Of a DNA stretch of 39,179 nt, positions 1 through 7,542 are shown one piece after another. Source of the stretch: a virus; IMG/VR virus record IMGVR_UViG_3300029479_000010, one strand, 5' to 3'. A program made the position numbers and the translations under genes. The notes beneath the pieces were generated by a model that saw nothing but the letters and a program-made list of their open reading frames with translations, was not told the DNA's origin and searched no databases. Position 1 is the stretch's first letter. Each line of letters opens with the position of its first letter.

Positions 1-110
1 AACAATATGTTCATCAATGTACTTATTGTTTCCTAAATGTCCCTAAATGTCCCTAAATGTCCCTAAATGTCCCTAAATGTCCCTAAATGTCCCTAAATGT
101 CCCTAAATGT
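1..110. repeat. Direct terminal repeat, left copy. Bases 1..99 are identical to 39081..39179. It contains tcctaaatgt followed by 7 copies of ccctaaatgt (31..110).
   Basis: Exact identity of the first 99 nt with the last 99 nt of the window. The 10-bp tandem unit was counted directly. Confidence 0.9.
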
Positions 111-200
111 ACAAAAAAAAGAGACATAAAGAGCGATAAAGACACACAAAGAGAGCAGACATAAAGAAACAAAAAGAGACAATAAGTAAGTTATTTTATA
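111..200. repeat. Purine-rich degenerate ~10-11-bp repeats (gacataaagag-like, 4-5 units) just inside the left terminal repeat
   Basis: Units seen directly: gacataaagag, cgataaagaca, cagacataaagaa, aaagagacaataag. They are related to the right-end gggacaataag unit. Confidence 0.6.
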
Positions 201-240
201 CTTATTGTCAACCTTAATGTCCCTGAAGGTGTACATATTG

Positions 241-510
241 TTACTTATCGTCACAATTAGACGTGTAATAGTTATTAGTCGTTGTCACGTTATTGCTATT
301 ACGATTATGTCTATTGCTATGTATCTTGATTGTGTCTTGCTCATTGACCAGAAACTCATGCAGTAATGCTCTTAATAGTGACGAGCTATCATAATCATTA
401 ATATCGCAATAGCTCTGAAATGCCGCTTTTTCGGCAGGTGTTAATCGTACTGTCAATGTTGCGGTACGCTTTTCCGCCCGTGCTTGTTCTTTGATTTTTG
501 CAGTATCCAT
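241..510 (-). CDS. Ribbon-helix-helix (Arc/MetJ/CopG-like) DNA-binding protein, candidate transcriptional regulator
   Basis: 89-aa minus-strand ORF. N-terminal TLTVRLTPAEKAAFQSYC fits the beta-strand/helix-A pattern of RHH repressors. The ATG at 510 is preceded on the minus strand by AAGGA. It is transcribed divergently from the early region. Confidence 0.7.
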   Translation of the reverse strand: MDTAKIKEQARAEKRTATLTVRLTPAEKAAFQSYCDINDYDSSSLLRALLHEFLVNEQDTIKIHSNRHNRNSNNVTTTNNYYTSNCDDK

Positions 511-576
511 CGTATTTTTCCTTTCTTATAAATAAAAACTATACCGTCATATAAAAATCAATAATTAGACAATGTG

Positions 577-760
577 TGACATCATGTGATACAGTGTAGT
601 CAGCAAAACGTAACACGGTACATTGATAACCACAGAGCCAATTATGTATGACAGTATAGTTACGCATGTATTATAACATGTCATACATAAGGCTGCAAGG
701 GCCGCTATAAATAGTGACAGTATCTATAGTGCTTGCAGTAATCGTCAGCATGGGGGCGTC
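577..760 (+). promoter_or_regulatory. Early (host RNAP) promoter region. The best sigma70-like candidate has -35 TGACAG at 649..654, a 17-bp spacer, and -10 TATAAC at 672..677. Related TGACAGTAT elements also occur at ~714 and ~590.
   Basis: Motifs and spacing read directly. The position matches the T7 A1-A3 early promoters upstream of the first early gene. A 9-bp inverted repeat tgtatgaca/tgtcataca (~644..688) brackets the best candidate. Confidence 0.4.
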
Positions 761-878
761 AGACGCATGCTAAAAGTTGCAATGATTTATGCAACAGCGT
801 GAGGCAACAACACGGCTAATTAATAACGTTGCACACATTAAGACAATTAATTATAATACAGGTATAAGGAGGCAAAAA

Positions 879-1160
879 ATGAGAAAAATTATTAACGGAA
901 AAGCTTATGATACAAGTACCGCAACATTGATTGGTACCTGGAGTAATGTGGAAAATGGTCGTGATTTTTATTATATTGAGAAACGTCTATATTTTAAGCC
1001 ACGTAAAAAGGAATATTTTTTGTTTTTAGACGGGGGTGCCGCTACAATATACGAAAAACCTATAATTAAGCCGTTATCAGTAGAGCAAGCACGGACGTGG
1101 GCATATAATAACTTAGACGCAGATGAAGCAGAGAAGGCCTTTGGGCGTGTGGCTGAATAA
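879..1160 (+). CDS. Early hypothetical protein (93 aa)
   Basis: ORF with ATG at 879 and SD AAGGAGG at 866..872 (6-nt spacer). The annotated 789 start lacks an RBS. Confidence 0.7.
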   Translation: MRKIINGKAYDTSTATLIGTWSNVENGRDFYYIEKRLYFKPRKKEYFLFLDGGAATIYEKPIIKPLSVEQARTWAYNNLDADEAEKAFGRVAE

Positions 1161-1177
1161 TAATAATAAGTAAAGAG

Positions 1178-1217
1178 AGAGACTGTAAAAGAAAAACTAC
1201 AGTCTCTTTTTTTTTTA
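1178..1217 (+). terminator. Rho-independent terminator-like hairpin: 10-bp stem agagactgta/ctacagtctc followed by a T9 run
   Basis: Stem-loop and T tract read directly, immediately after the stop of the 879..1160 gene. Confidence 0.65.
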
Positions 1218-1239
1218 TTACAAAATTAGGAGGGAAAAA

Positions 1240-1452
1240 ATGAAAAGAAAATACTATGCGGAACATTGCTTATATGGTGTCAATACAAGTTATGACAGTT
1301 TTAATCGTCATGCATATTCATTTTTCGTTTTTGACAGCAAAAAAGAAAGAGACGAATGGGTAGACAGAAATGCTTACGACCCGTACGGAAAATTGGTTGC
1401 AGCGGCAACAACGTTAAAAACGTTCGGTACTGCATGGGGCGAAATTTTATAG
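1240..1452 (+). CDS. Early hypothetical protein (70 aa)
   Basis: ORF preceded by AGGAGGG SD (1228..1234). Confidence 0.65.
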   Translation: MKRKYYAEHCLYGVNTSYDSFNRHAYSFFVFDSKKERDEWVDRNAYDPYGKLVAAATTLKTFGTAWGEIL

Positions 1453-1513
1453 TGCACGGTAACATTATCGTACACAGTGTTGACGATTTATATAAATAAA
1501 GGGGTGAAAAAAA

Positions 1514-1708
1514 ATGAAAATTCTAAAACTTTATAGGCAAGATTTCTCACCAGAGACTGTAAAAGAAAAACTACAGTCTCTTTTAAATTGTGCCGATTGG
1601 GACTTTATCGAAACTACATCGGCATTTGGTAACACAAGACGTATCAGCAGAGTACAACTTGCGCTGCTACTAAAAAAGAATTGCCGTATACACAATACAG
1701 TTTATTAA
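1514..1708 (+). CDS. Early hypothetical protein (64 aa). Its coding sequence contains a second copy of the 31-bp terminator hairpin.
   Basis: ORF with a weak GGGGTG SD. The repeat gagactgtaaaagaaaaactacagtctctttt lies at 1552..1584 inside it. Confidence 0.45.
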   Translation: MKILKLYRQDFSPETVKEKLQSLLNCADWDFIETTSAFGNTRRISRVQLALLLKKNCRIHNTVY

Positions 1709-1727
1709 GAGATGGAGGAAAAATAAA

Positions 1728-2072
1728 ATGTTTAGAGTTGAAAATATTGAAAGCCCGCGGTCAGGACGTCCCGTTGCTAATCAATTTGAAATAATTGTGG
1801 ATACTATAGTAGGTCGTGTTATCTTGTTTCAATCTTATAGCACACCAATTGCAATGTTAATAAAATGTCCAATACTCAGCACAGCTTATTATATTGCTAC
1901 AGATGAAAAATATTCTGTGACAACATCAAAATATCAAAAGATATTTTATGAAAAGCATGGAAACTATCTTGTTCATCAGTACAATGTGTCTAATTTTAAA
2001 GAATGGTTGGATGCCCTAAATAATCCAGCCTTTTTTAATGCTTTATTGTTACAAGAAAGGGAAAGAAAATGA
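1728..2072 (+). CDS. Early hypothetical protein (114 aa)
   Basis: ORF with GGAGG SD at 1714..1718. It overlaps the next gene by ATGA. Confidence 0.7.
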   Translation: MFRVENIESPRSGRPVANQFEIIVDTIVGRVILFQSYSTPIAMLIKCPILSTAYYIATDEKYSVTTSKYQKIFYEKHGNYLVHQYNVSNFKEWLDALNNPAFFNALLLQERERK

Positions 2073-2734
2073 AAATAAAGACAATTACACTATATAGCTT
2101 TTCGGAATTATCAGAACAAGCACAAAATAGGGTGGCACATAAATATCAAGACGTCATGCAAGATATCTATGAGGAAAAGGCCAATGATATTTTAGAGCAA
2201 AAAGCCGCTTATTGGACAAAAAGAACAGGAATACCTATTGACAAAGAAAATATATCTTATTCGGGCTTTTATACACAAGGGGACGGCCTAAGTTTTATTA
2301 CAGACGATGAAATAGATATGTCTATTCTTGTCCCTTATGCCCTCAAACAGCTTGAAAGGGGTACAAGAATAAGCAGAAAGGTATTAGAAATATCGCCAGA
2401 AGTATTGAATAAACTTTATGATTTATATTCTTTTTACATCTGCCGTTATCAAGGTGACCGTTATGCCCACAGTGGGACGGTATATTGTCATTGGGAATGC
2501 AATAGCATTGATAGCGTTTGTACAACCAGCGAATGGGATAAATATGATGTTTTAGCAGAAGAAGTGGCCGCCCTTGTTAATTATGTGAAAAATTTAATAT
2601 GTGCAGATATTTATCAAGCATTGCAAGATGAAAATGACTATATCTCTGACACAGAGCACATAAAAGAGTATTTCAAAGAATGTGATTTTTATGATTGGTA
2701 TGAAGACGGAACAATGTATATAGAAAGGAAGTAA
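2069..2734 (+). CDS. Early hypothetical protein (221 aa), acidic C-terminal half. Function unknown; candidate host-takeover or anti-defence protein.
   Basis: ORF with start coupled to the upstream gene. No motif recognised. Confidence 0.7.
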   Translation: MKIKTITLYSFSELSEQAQNRVAHKYQDVMQDIYEEKANDILEQKAAYWTKRTGIPIDKENISYSGFYTQGDGLSFITDDEIDMSILVPYALKQLERGTRISRKVLEISPEVLNKLYDLYSFYICRYQGDRYAHSGTVYCHWECNSIDSVCTTSEWDKYDVLAEEVAALVNYVKNLICADIYQALQDENDYISDTEHIKEYFKECDFYDWYEDGTMYIERK

Positions 2735-2739
2735 GAAAA

Positions 2740-3147
2740 ATGGAACTTATTGATTTATTAAGAGAGGGCACAATTCGTACAGGGCACAATCATAACTTTT
2801 TAGTACACATGCAGTTTACAAATGAAAATTACATTGCAGACACAATCGAGGAAGCAATACAAGTAGCAAATATGACAAAAGAACAGCAAGAAACGTTATC
2901 TGCTTATTTAGACGTATTCAAGGAGGTAAAAGATAAAACAGTTATTGCCGATATCTACAATGACCACATGTTTTTAACAGGAGATACAGACATGACAGAA
3001 TATGCAAAAGAGTGGCTGGCATATCACCTTCTAAATGATACCTATGAGGTTGTTGAAAACTATATGGACTTCAAGTCCTTAGGTGCGGCCTTTTATGCCG
3101 ATGGATGCTACATAAAGACACCTAAAGGCATCATTGAGCGTCTATAA
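2740..3147 (+). CDS. Early hypothetical protein (135 aa)
   Basis: ORF with AAAGGAAG SD at 2724..2730. Confidence 0.7.
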   Translation: MELIDLLREGTIRTGHNHNFLVHMQFTNENYIADTIEEAIQVANMTKEQQETLSAYLDVFKEVKDKTVIADIYNDHMFLTGDTDMTEYAKEWLAYHLLNDTYEVVENYMDFKSLGAAFYADGCYIKTPKGIIERL

Positions 3148-3424
3148 AATGTACCCACGCAAGATATATAAAAATGGGCTTGTAATTACTAAGGCACAGT
3201 TAGATAAAAACTACTGTGCTTTTTTAATTGCAGAAGTGCTACATGGGGCCACATGCTACTTAATGTTTCATAATAACACACTCTATGTCCTTGAACGCCC
3301 TTCAGGCACCTACATTACCCTTACAGACACCAAACCACCACATAGACAATTTCATATTTTCGTTGAAGACACTAGAGCTATTGAGAGTGCCTTACGCAAA
3401 GCCAGTTTCATTATATGCAAGTAG
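3134..3424 (+). CDS. Early hypothetical protein (96 aa from TTG 3134; alternative ATG at 3149)
   Basis: ORF. TTG 3134 follows an AAAGG SD. ATG 3149 lies 2 nt after the upstream stop. Confidence 0.5.
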   Translation: MSVYKMYPRKIYKNGLVITKAQLDKNYCAFLIAEVLHGATCYLMFHNNTLYVLERPSGTYITLTDTKPPHRQFHIFVEDTRAIESALRKASFIICK

Positions 3425-3451
3425 CTATTTTATTTCCTGGAGGTAAACAAC

Positions 3452-3577
3452 ATGTTCCCAATTGATAGAGACACCTTAGAAACATACATCGCCATAGGTA
3501 TGTTTCATGGGCTGTGTCTTGCTGTGTCTTTATTCATAGCATGGCTTTTATTTTGGATAATCGGAGGTTGCAAGTGA
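3452..3577 (+). CDS. 41-aa hydrophobic peptide (single predicted TM helix), translationally coupled to the RNAP gene
   Basis: ATG 3452 with GGAGG at 3439..3443 (8-nt spacer). Its TGA stop at 3575..3577 overlaps the RNAP ATG. Too short for the ORF track. Confidence 0.45.
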   Translation: MFPIDRDTLETYIAIGMFHGLCLAVSLFIAWLLFWIIGGCK

Positions 3578-6135
3578 TGAAAGATCTGGAACAAAGTCCG
3601 TTGTTTTTAGAAGAGCTTGAAATAGAGTACCAGTTTAAGCACCAAGCAGAAGAACAGCTTAAAAAGCATCTACAAGAGAAGACACGAGCAGGCAAGGCCA
3701 TAGAGACACCAATAGGCCGTGGCTTAATTGAATACCTTTATGATAACTTAGCGACTAACATTGAGGCATTCTTAAAGTATCAAGAAGAGCCAAAAGGAGG
3801 CGTTAAGGCTGCATACTATCCATTGGTCATGTGGTTGCTGGATATCTATAAAGACAATAGACAAGATTTAATTACCCTTTTGTCTTTAGCTACAATCACA
3901 GAAGCCGTCAATGCGGCACACACAACATTATCACTATCAAGCACCTGTCAGAATATACAGCAAGACGTCTTAGAAGAAGCACAGCTACAAGCTTTTTTAC
4001 AGGAGAACAAAGAAAAAGAGCTAAATACTTTGGTAGGGCTGTCAAGACGAAAAAGTAATTTTTATAGGCGTTATTTTATAAAAAATGTCATGAACCAGAC
4101 AGACTGGAAAGAAAAGCAATGGCCACTAAAAGAAACGGTGCTTTTTGGTGCAAAGCTATTAGAAATATGCATGCAAGGAACTGATTTATTTACCACTCAC
4201 TACAGGGTAAACTTTAGGGGCAAGGGCGTCGAGTGCATCGAGCCTACAGATGCTTTTCATAAGATATGGAACTCAAACACTTATTATTTATTATCAAGAG
4301 CCTATCAATCTTGTCCAATGATTATGACACCAGTACCATGGAAATCAGATTTAACAGGGGGCTATTGTGGCGAATTAAATGCTATTCATGGCTTTATTCG
4401 TACAGAGCGCTACCATACACAAGATAGACAAAACAATTTCTTTTTTAAGCAATATAAAGAGCAAGTAAAAGCCGCTGATTTAAGTAATGTCTTAAATGCT
4501 GTAAATAGCATTCAACAGACACCATGGATTATTAACTCTAAGGTGTTGCGGGTAGCAGAGCAGCTTGTTAATCAGGGGGGAGACATAGCAGGATTACCAC
4601 AGATGGAGCCCTTTTCAAAGCTACCAACGCTTGAAAACCCATCACAGGAAGAGTTAAAAAGACACAAGAAAGCAGCCAAACTTTTATACGAGAAAGAAGC
4701 CAGCAGGCGTGGAAAAGCCCTAAGAGTGCACATCAATTTACGCACAGCGCAGCGTTTTGAACAGTACGACAGGGTTTATTTTCCTCATAACATTGATTTT
4801 CGAGGGCGTATCTACCCAATACCGTCTTTTAGTCCACAGGGCGATGAACTGAATAAAGGATTACTGCTATTTGCAGAACCAGAACCACTGGAAAATGATG
4901 AAGACATCCAGTGGTTTTTTATTGCAGGTGCTGAATTTGCAGGAATAGACAAGGTGTCTTTTTCTGATTGTGTCTCTTGGGTAGAAGACAATAAAAGCAA
5001 CATTTTGGACACTGCTGCCCAACCATTAGACATGGTGGACTGGTGGGCTAACTTAGATGCCCCTTTTGAGTTTTTAGCGTGGTGTTTTGAATACCAGAAG
5101 CTCCAGAAGTACCTTGAAGAGCATAATGGTCACGCTAAAGGTTTCGTAACAGGCATACCGATTGCCTTTGATGGGACATGCAGTGGCTTACAGCACTTTT
5201 CTGCTATTTTAAGAGACCCTATTGGAGCCAAAGAGGTCAATTTAGCCCCTGGAGATAAACCAAATGACATCTATCAAACCGTAGCAAATAAAGTTAATGT
5301 TGTCTTACGGCAGGATGCCCAGACAGGCACGGGAGACACCACGGATGAAAAAACACAACAGATACGGTATGGCACCAAAACATTGGCACAAGGCTGGCTG
5401 TCTTTTAGAGTTACCAGAAAGGTAACAAAAAGACCCGTTATGACTCTTGCTTATGGTGCTAAACAGTTTGGTTTCAGAGACCAAATACTGGAAGACACAA
5501 TTATTTCTCATATAGGTGAGGGGCTATTTACGGCTGATAATGCTAACCAATATGCAGGATACATGGCCAAGCTTATTTGGAAAGCAGTACAAACCACGGT
5601 TGTTAAGGCTGTAGAAGGTATGGAATGGTTACAACAGGTGGCACGTATGGTCACTAAGAACGGTGAGGTCATACAGTGGACAACACCTATGGGCTTTATT
5701 GTTCAACAACCATACATGGTTTACAACGTTAAAACATACCAGATGAGGTTTTTACACATCACAAAACGTTTTTACGATATAGAAGTCACAGGTACAGTGG
5801 ATAGACGCAAGCAGTCACAAGCAATTGCACCCAATTTTATTCACAGTATGGATGCCAGCCATCTACAGATGACTGTAAACAGAGCAGCAGAAGCAAAAAT
5901 AACTAACTTTGCAATGATACACGACAGCTATGGTACAACCCTTGCAAAAGCGGGTTTACTGTTCCGTCTAATTCGAGAGTGCTTTGTAGAAATGTATACA
6001 ACCAATGATGTTTTAACAGCGTTTGAAAGAGACCTAAGCCCATTTATAGTGGGTAATCAAAAACTACCACCACAACCGACCAAAGATACTTTTGATATCA
6101 ATCAGGTAAAAGAAAGTTTATATGCTTTTCATTAA
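3577..6135 (+). CDS. Single-subunit DNA-directed RNA polymerase (T7 gene 1 homologue)
   Basis: 852 aa (T7 RNAP is 883). Contains DGTCSGLQH and HDSYGT motifs. ATG 3577 has GGAGG at 3563..3567. The track's 3514 GTG start lacks an RBS. Confidence 0.95.
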   Translation: MKDLEQSPLFLEELEIEYQFKHQAEEQLKKHLQEKTRAGKAIETPIGRGLIEYLYDNLATNIEAFLKYQEEPKGGVKAAYYPLVMWLLDIYKDNRQDLITLLSLATITEAVNAAHTTLSLSSTCQNIQQDVLEEAQLQAFLQENKEKELNTLVGLSRRKSNFYRRYFIKNVMNQTDWKEKQWPLKETVLFGAKLLEICMQGTDLFTTHYRVNFRGKGVECIEPTDAFHKIWNSNTYYLLSRAYQSCPMIMTPVPWKSDLTGGYCGELNAIHGFIRTERYHTQDRQNNFFFKQYKEQVKAADLSNVLNAVNSIQQTPWIINSKVLRVAEQLVNQGGDIAGLPQMEPFSKLPTLENPSQEELKRHKKAAKLLYEKEASRRGKALRVHINLRTAQRFEQYDRVYFPHNIDFRGRIYPIPSFSPQGDELNKGLLLFAEPEPLENDEDIQWFFIAGAEFAGIDKVSFSDCVSWVEDNKSNILDTAAQPLDMVDWWANLDAPFEFLAWCFEYQKLQKYLEEHNGHAKGFVTGIPIAFDGTCSGLQHFSAILRDPIGAKEVNLAPGDKPNDIYQTVANKVNVVLRQDAQTGTGDTTDEKTQQIRYGTKTLAQGWLSFRVTRKVTKRPVMTLAYGAKQFGFRDQILEDTIISHIGEGLFTADNANQYAGYMAKLIWKAVQTTVVKAVEGMEWLQQVARMVTKNGEVIQWTTPMGFIVQQPYMVYNVKTYQMRFLHITKRFYDIEVTGTVDRRKQSQAIAPNFIHSMDASHLQMTVNRAAEAKITNFAMIHDSYGTTLAKAGLLFRLIRECFVEMYTTNDVLTAFERDLSPFIVGNQKLPPQPTKDTFDINQVKESLYAFH

Positions 6136-6157
6136 TAGAAGATGGAGGAAAATAAGA

Positions 6158-6304
6158 ATGATAATAGATTGTCTTTCTTTATGCTTATTAAATTTTATGG
6201 GTGGTTATTTAGTAATCACTAATCCAGAGTTTTTCTACTACTTATCTCTATCTTTTGTCATTGCTAATCTATGTCTTTTATATTTAATAATAGTAAAGGA
6301 GTAA
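6158..6304 (+). CDS. Small hydrophobic protein (48 aa) at the T7 gene 1.1 position
   Basis: ATG 6158 with GGAGGA SD at 6145..6150. Within ORF 6122..6304. Confidence 0.4.
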   Translation: MIIDCLSLCLLNFMGGYLVITNPEFFYYLSLSFVIANLCLLYLIIVKE

Positions 6305-6310
6305 TTTAAA

Positions 6311-6418
6311 ATGTTATTTATATATATAGAAACCCCACTGAAACCACACTTATATTTGCTTTACTTATTCAGCTTATTCCTATTATTATTATTTTTATTA
6401 TTATGCCTTTGTGGATAA
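6311..6418 (+). CDS. Possible 35-aa leucine-rich hydrophobic peptide
   Basis: ATG 6311 with AAGGAG at 6296..6301 (9-nt spacer). The AT-rich context makes it uncertain. Confidence 0.25.
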   Translation: MLFIYIETPLKPHLYLLYLFSLFLLLLFLLLCLCG

Positions 6419-6462
6419 ATGCCACAATAACTTTTGAAGAAGAAGAAAAGAAAGAAAGATAA

Positions 6463-6554
6463 TTTGCAATTCATTCCTAAATATAGAGGTGATTGTCGCA
6501 CTTATATACAAAGTGGTGATTGTCGCACTTATTAGAAGAAAGAGAAAGAAAAAC
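6463..6554 (+). promoter_or_regulatory. Repeated ~92-bp module, copy A. It holds two tandem phage-RNAP promoter-like sequences: ggtgattgtcgcacttatata (6488..6508) and ggtgattgtcgcacttattagaagaaaga (6515..6543), followed by a purine tract.
   Basis: Near-identical module at 36270..36363. The third promoter copy is at 6757..6784. GCACTTATTAGAAGA resembles SP6/T7-class promoters (CACTATAGAAGA). The position matches T7 phi1.1A/phi1.1B. Confidence 0.6.
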
Positions 6555-6756
6555 ATAATGGAACATAAAGGTACATAATGTAACAATAAGGATACTAAAT
6601 GTTTCACTAAGTGTTTATTATTATTGTTTAACTAAATGTATAACTTATATGTTTAACAATTAATTACCTATATGTAACCTATATGATACATAAATGTAGC
6701 AGGTGCTTTGTGTCTTTAAAAACAAAACACAGCATGTTGTGCACACACCTAAAATT

Positions 6757-6784
6757 TTGATTGTCGCACTTATTAGAAGAAAGA
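6757..6784 (+). promoter_or_regulatory. Phage-RNAP promoter-like sequence ttgattgtcgcacttattagaagaaaga, upstream of the class II genes
   Basis: Third copy of the GATTGTCGCACTTATTAGAAGAAAGA core, 44 bp before the 6828 gene. Confidence 0.55.
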
Positions 6785-6827
6785 ACCCCTTTTTCTTCTA
6801 TTTTTTTTTGTACGGAGGTAGATAAAA

Positions 6828-7307
6828 ATGATAAGTGACAAAGACGCAAGGCAGTACATTTTGAAGCAGCTTTATGATGATGGTTATAGGTACCTTGCAA
6901 GAGATGCTACTGATAAGCTTTTTGCTTTTTGTACGTGCCCAGAAAAGAGAGAACAGTATGCTTTTTGGGTGGATAAACCAACAGACTTTAATGCAAAGCA
7001 TACGTTTATTGTAGATTGTTCATGTTTTAAGGACATAAAGTGGGCTGATGAAGAGCCCCTTGATATTGCAAAAGAATTAGGCATTATTGATTGGATAAAG
7101 GTACCAAAAGACACAAAAGTGCTTGTATGGGACGAACCAGGAGATAAAAAAAAGAAAAGATATTTTTCACATTATCGAACAAAAAACCATGCTTTTCCTT
7201 TTGCGGTTTATTGTAATGGAGCCACCTCATGGAATGCGACAGATGGGGTAGTTGATTATAGATATTGTGAACTCTTTAATGAGGTGGAGGAACAAGACCA
7301 TGACTAA
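6828..7307 (+). CDS. Hypothetical protein (159 aa), Cys-rich, at the gene 1.2/1.3 position. Not a ligase.
   Basis: ORF with GGAGG SD at 6814..6818. Confidence 0.75.
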   Translation: MISDKDARQYILKQLYDDGYRYLARDATDKLFAFCTCPEKREQYAFWVDKPTDFNAKHTFIVDCSCFKDIKWADEEPLDIAKELGIIDWIKVPKDTKVLVWDEPGDKKKKRYFSHYRTKNHAFPFAVYCNGATSWNATDGVVDYRYCELFNEVEEQDHD

Positions 7308-7542
7308 ATGTACCCCAGAGGAAATTCAGGAGCTTATAGGGCTCTATGAGGACGCCTTAGCGGATGACCTTAATTACTATGAGGATAAATGTGAGACACC
7401 CATTGAGCTTAGTGTCAACATGATGGAAGTCATTCAGGACTGCATGGAAGAACTGGAAGATAAGTTGATTACACTGCTGTTTGAGGGCAGAAGAGCTTAT
7501 AAGAAAAAGTTTGAAAATAAGGAGGCCATTAATGAAGACTAA
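7300..7542 (+). CDS. Small acidic protein (80 aa), paralogue of the next gene
   Basis: ATG 7300 with GAGGTGGAGG SD. Shares the pattern M(K)TKCT.E.I..LI...D.L.DDL...KL..LLF with the 7532 ORF. Confidence 0.7.
   Translation: MTKCTPEEIQELIGLYEDALADDLNYYEDKCETPIELSVNMMEVIQDCMEELEDKLITLLFEGRRAYKKKFENKEAINED

Noticed and set aside
31-110. Regular 10-bp and 11-bp tandem arrays at both ends (also 38905..39003) considered as CRISPR-like arrays
   Set aside because: The units are contiguous with no spacers and are far shorter than CRISPR repeats. They form part of, or flank, the direct terminal repeat, as in T7-type concatemer junctions.
2069-2734. ArdA-type anti-restriction assignment for the 221-aa early protein
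   Set aside because: It is acidic in its C-terminal half and sits in the anti-restriction slot. But no ArdA signature could be aligned by eye, so it is left as hypothetical.
3514-3576. Upstream GTG start (3514) for the RNA polymerase
   Set aside because: It has no SD and would add a hydrophobic extension absent from T7 RNAP. ATG 3577 has GGAGG at optimal spacing. The upstream ORF in another frame is better explained as a separate 41-aa coupled peptide.
4191-4212. Sequence taccactcactacagggtaaac, resembling the T7 consensus promoter (CGACTCACTATAGGGAGA)
   Set aside because: It lies inside the RNAP coding sequence and is a single copy. It is unrelated to the repeated GATTGTCGCACTTAT elements that are the likely cognate promoters. 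Probably coincidental.
6401-6607. Minus-strand ORFs 6401..6607 and 36221..36457 sharing the peptide ISATITTLYISATIT
   Set aside because: They are translations of the duplicated tandem-promoter module on the wrong strand. The shared peptide reflects the DNA repeat, not a gene.
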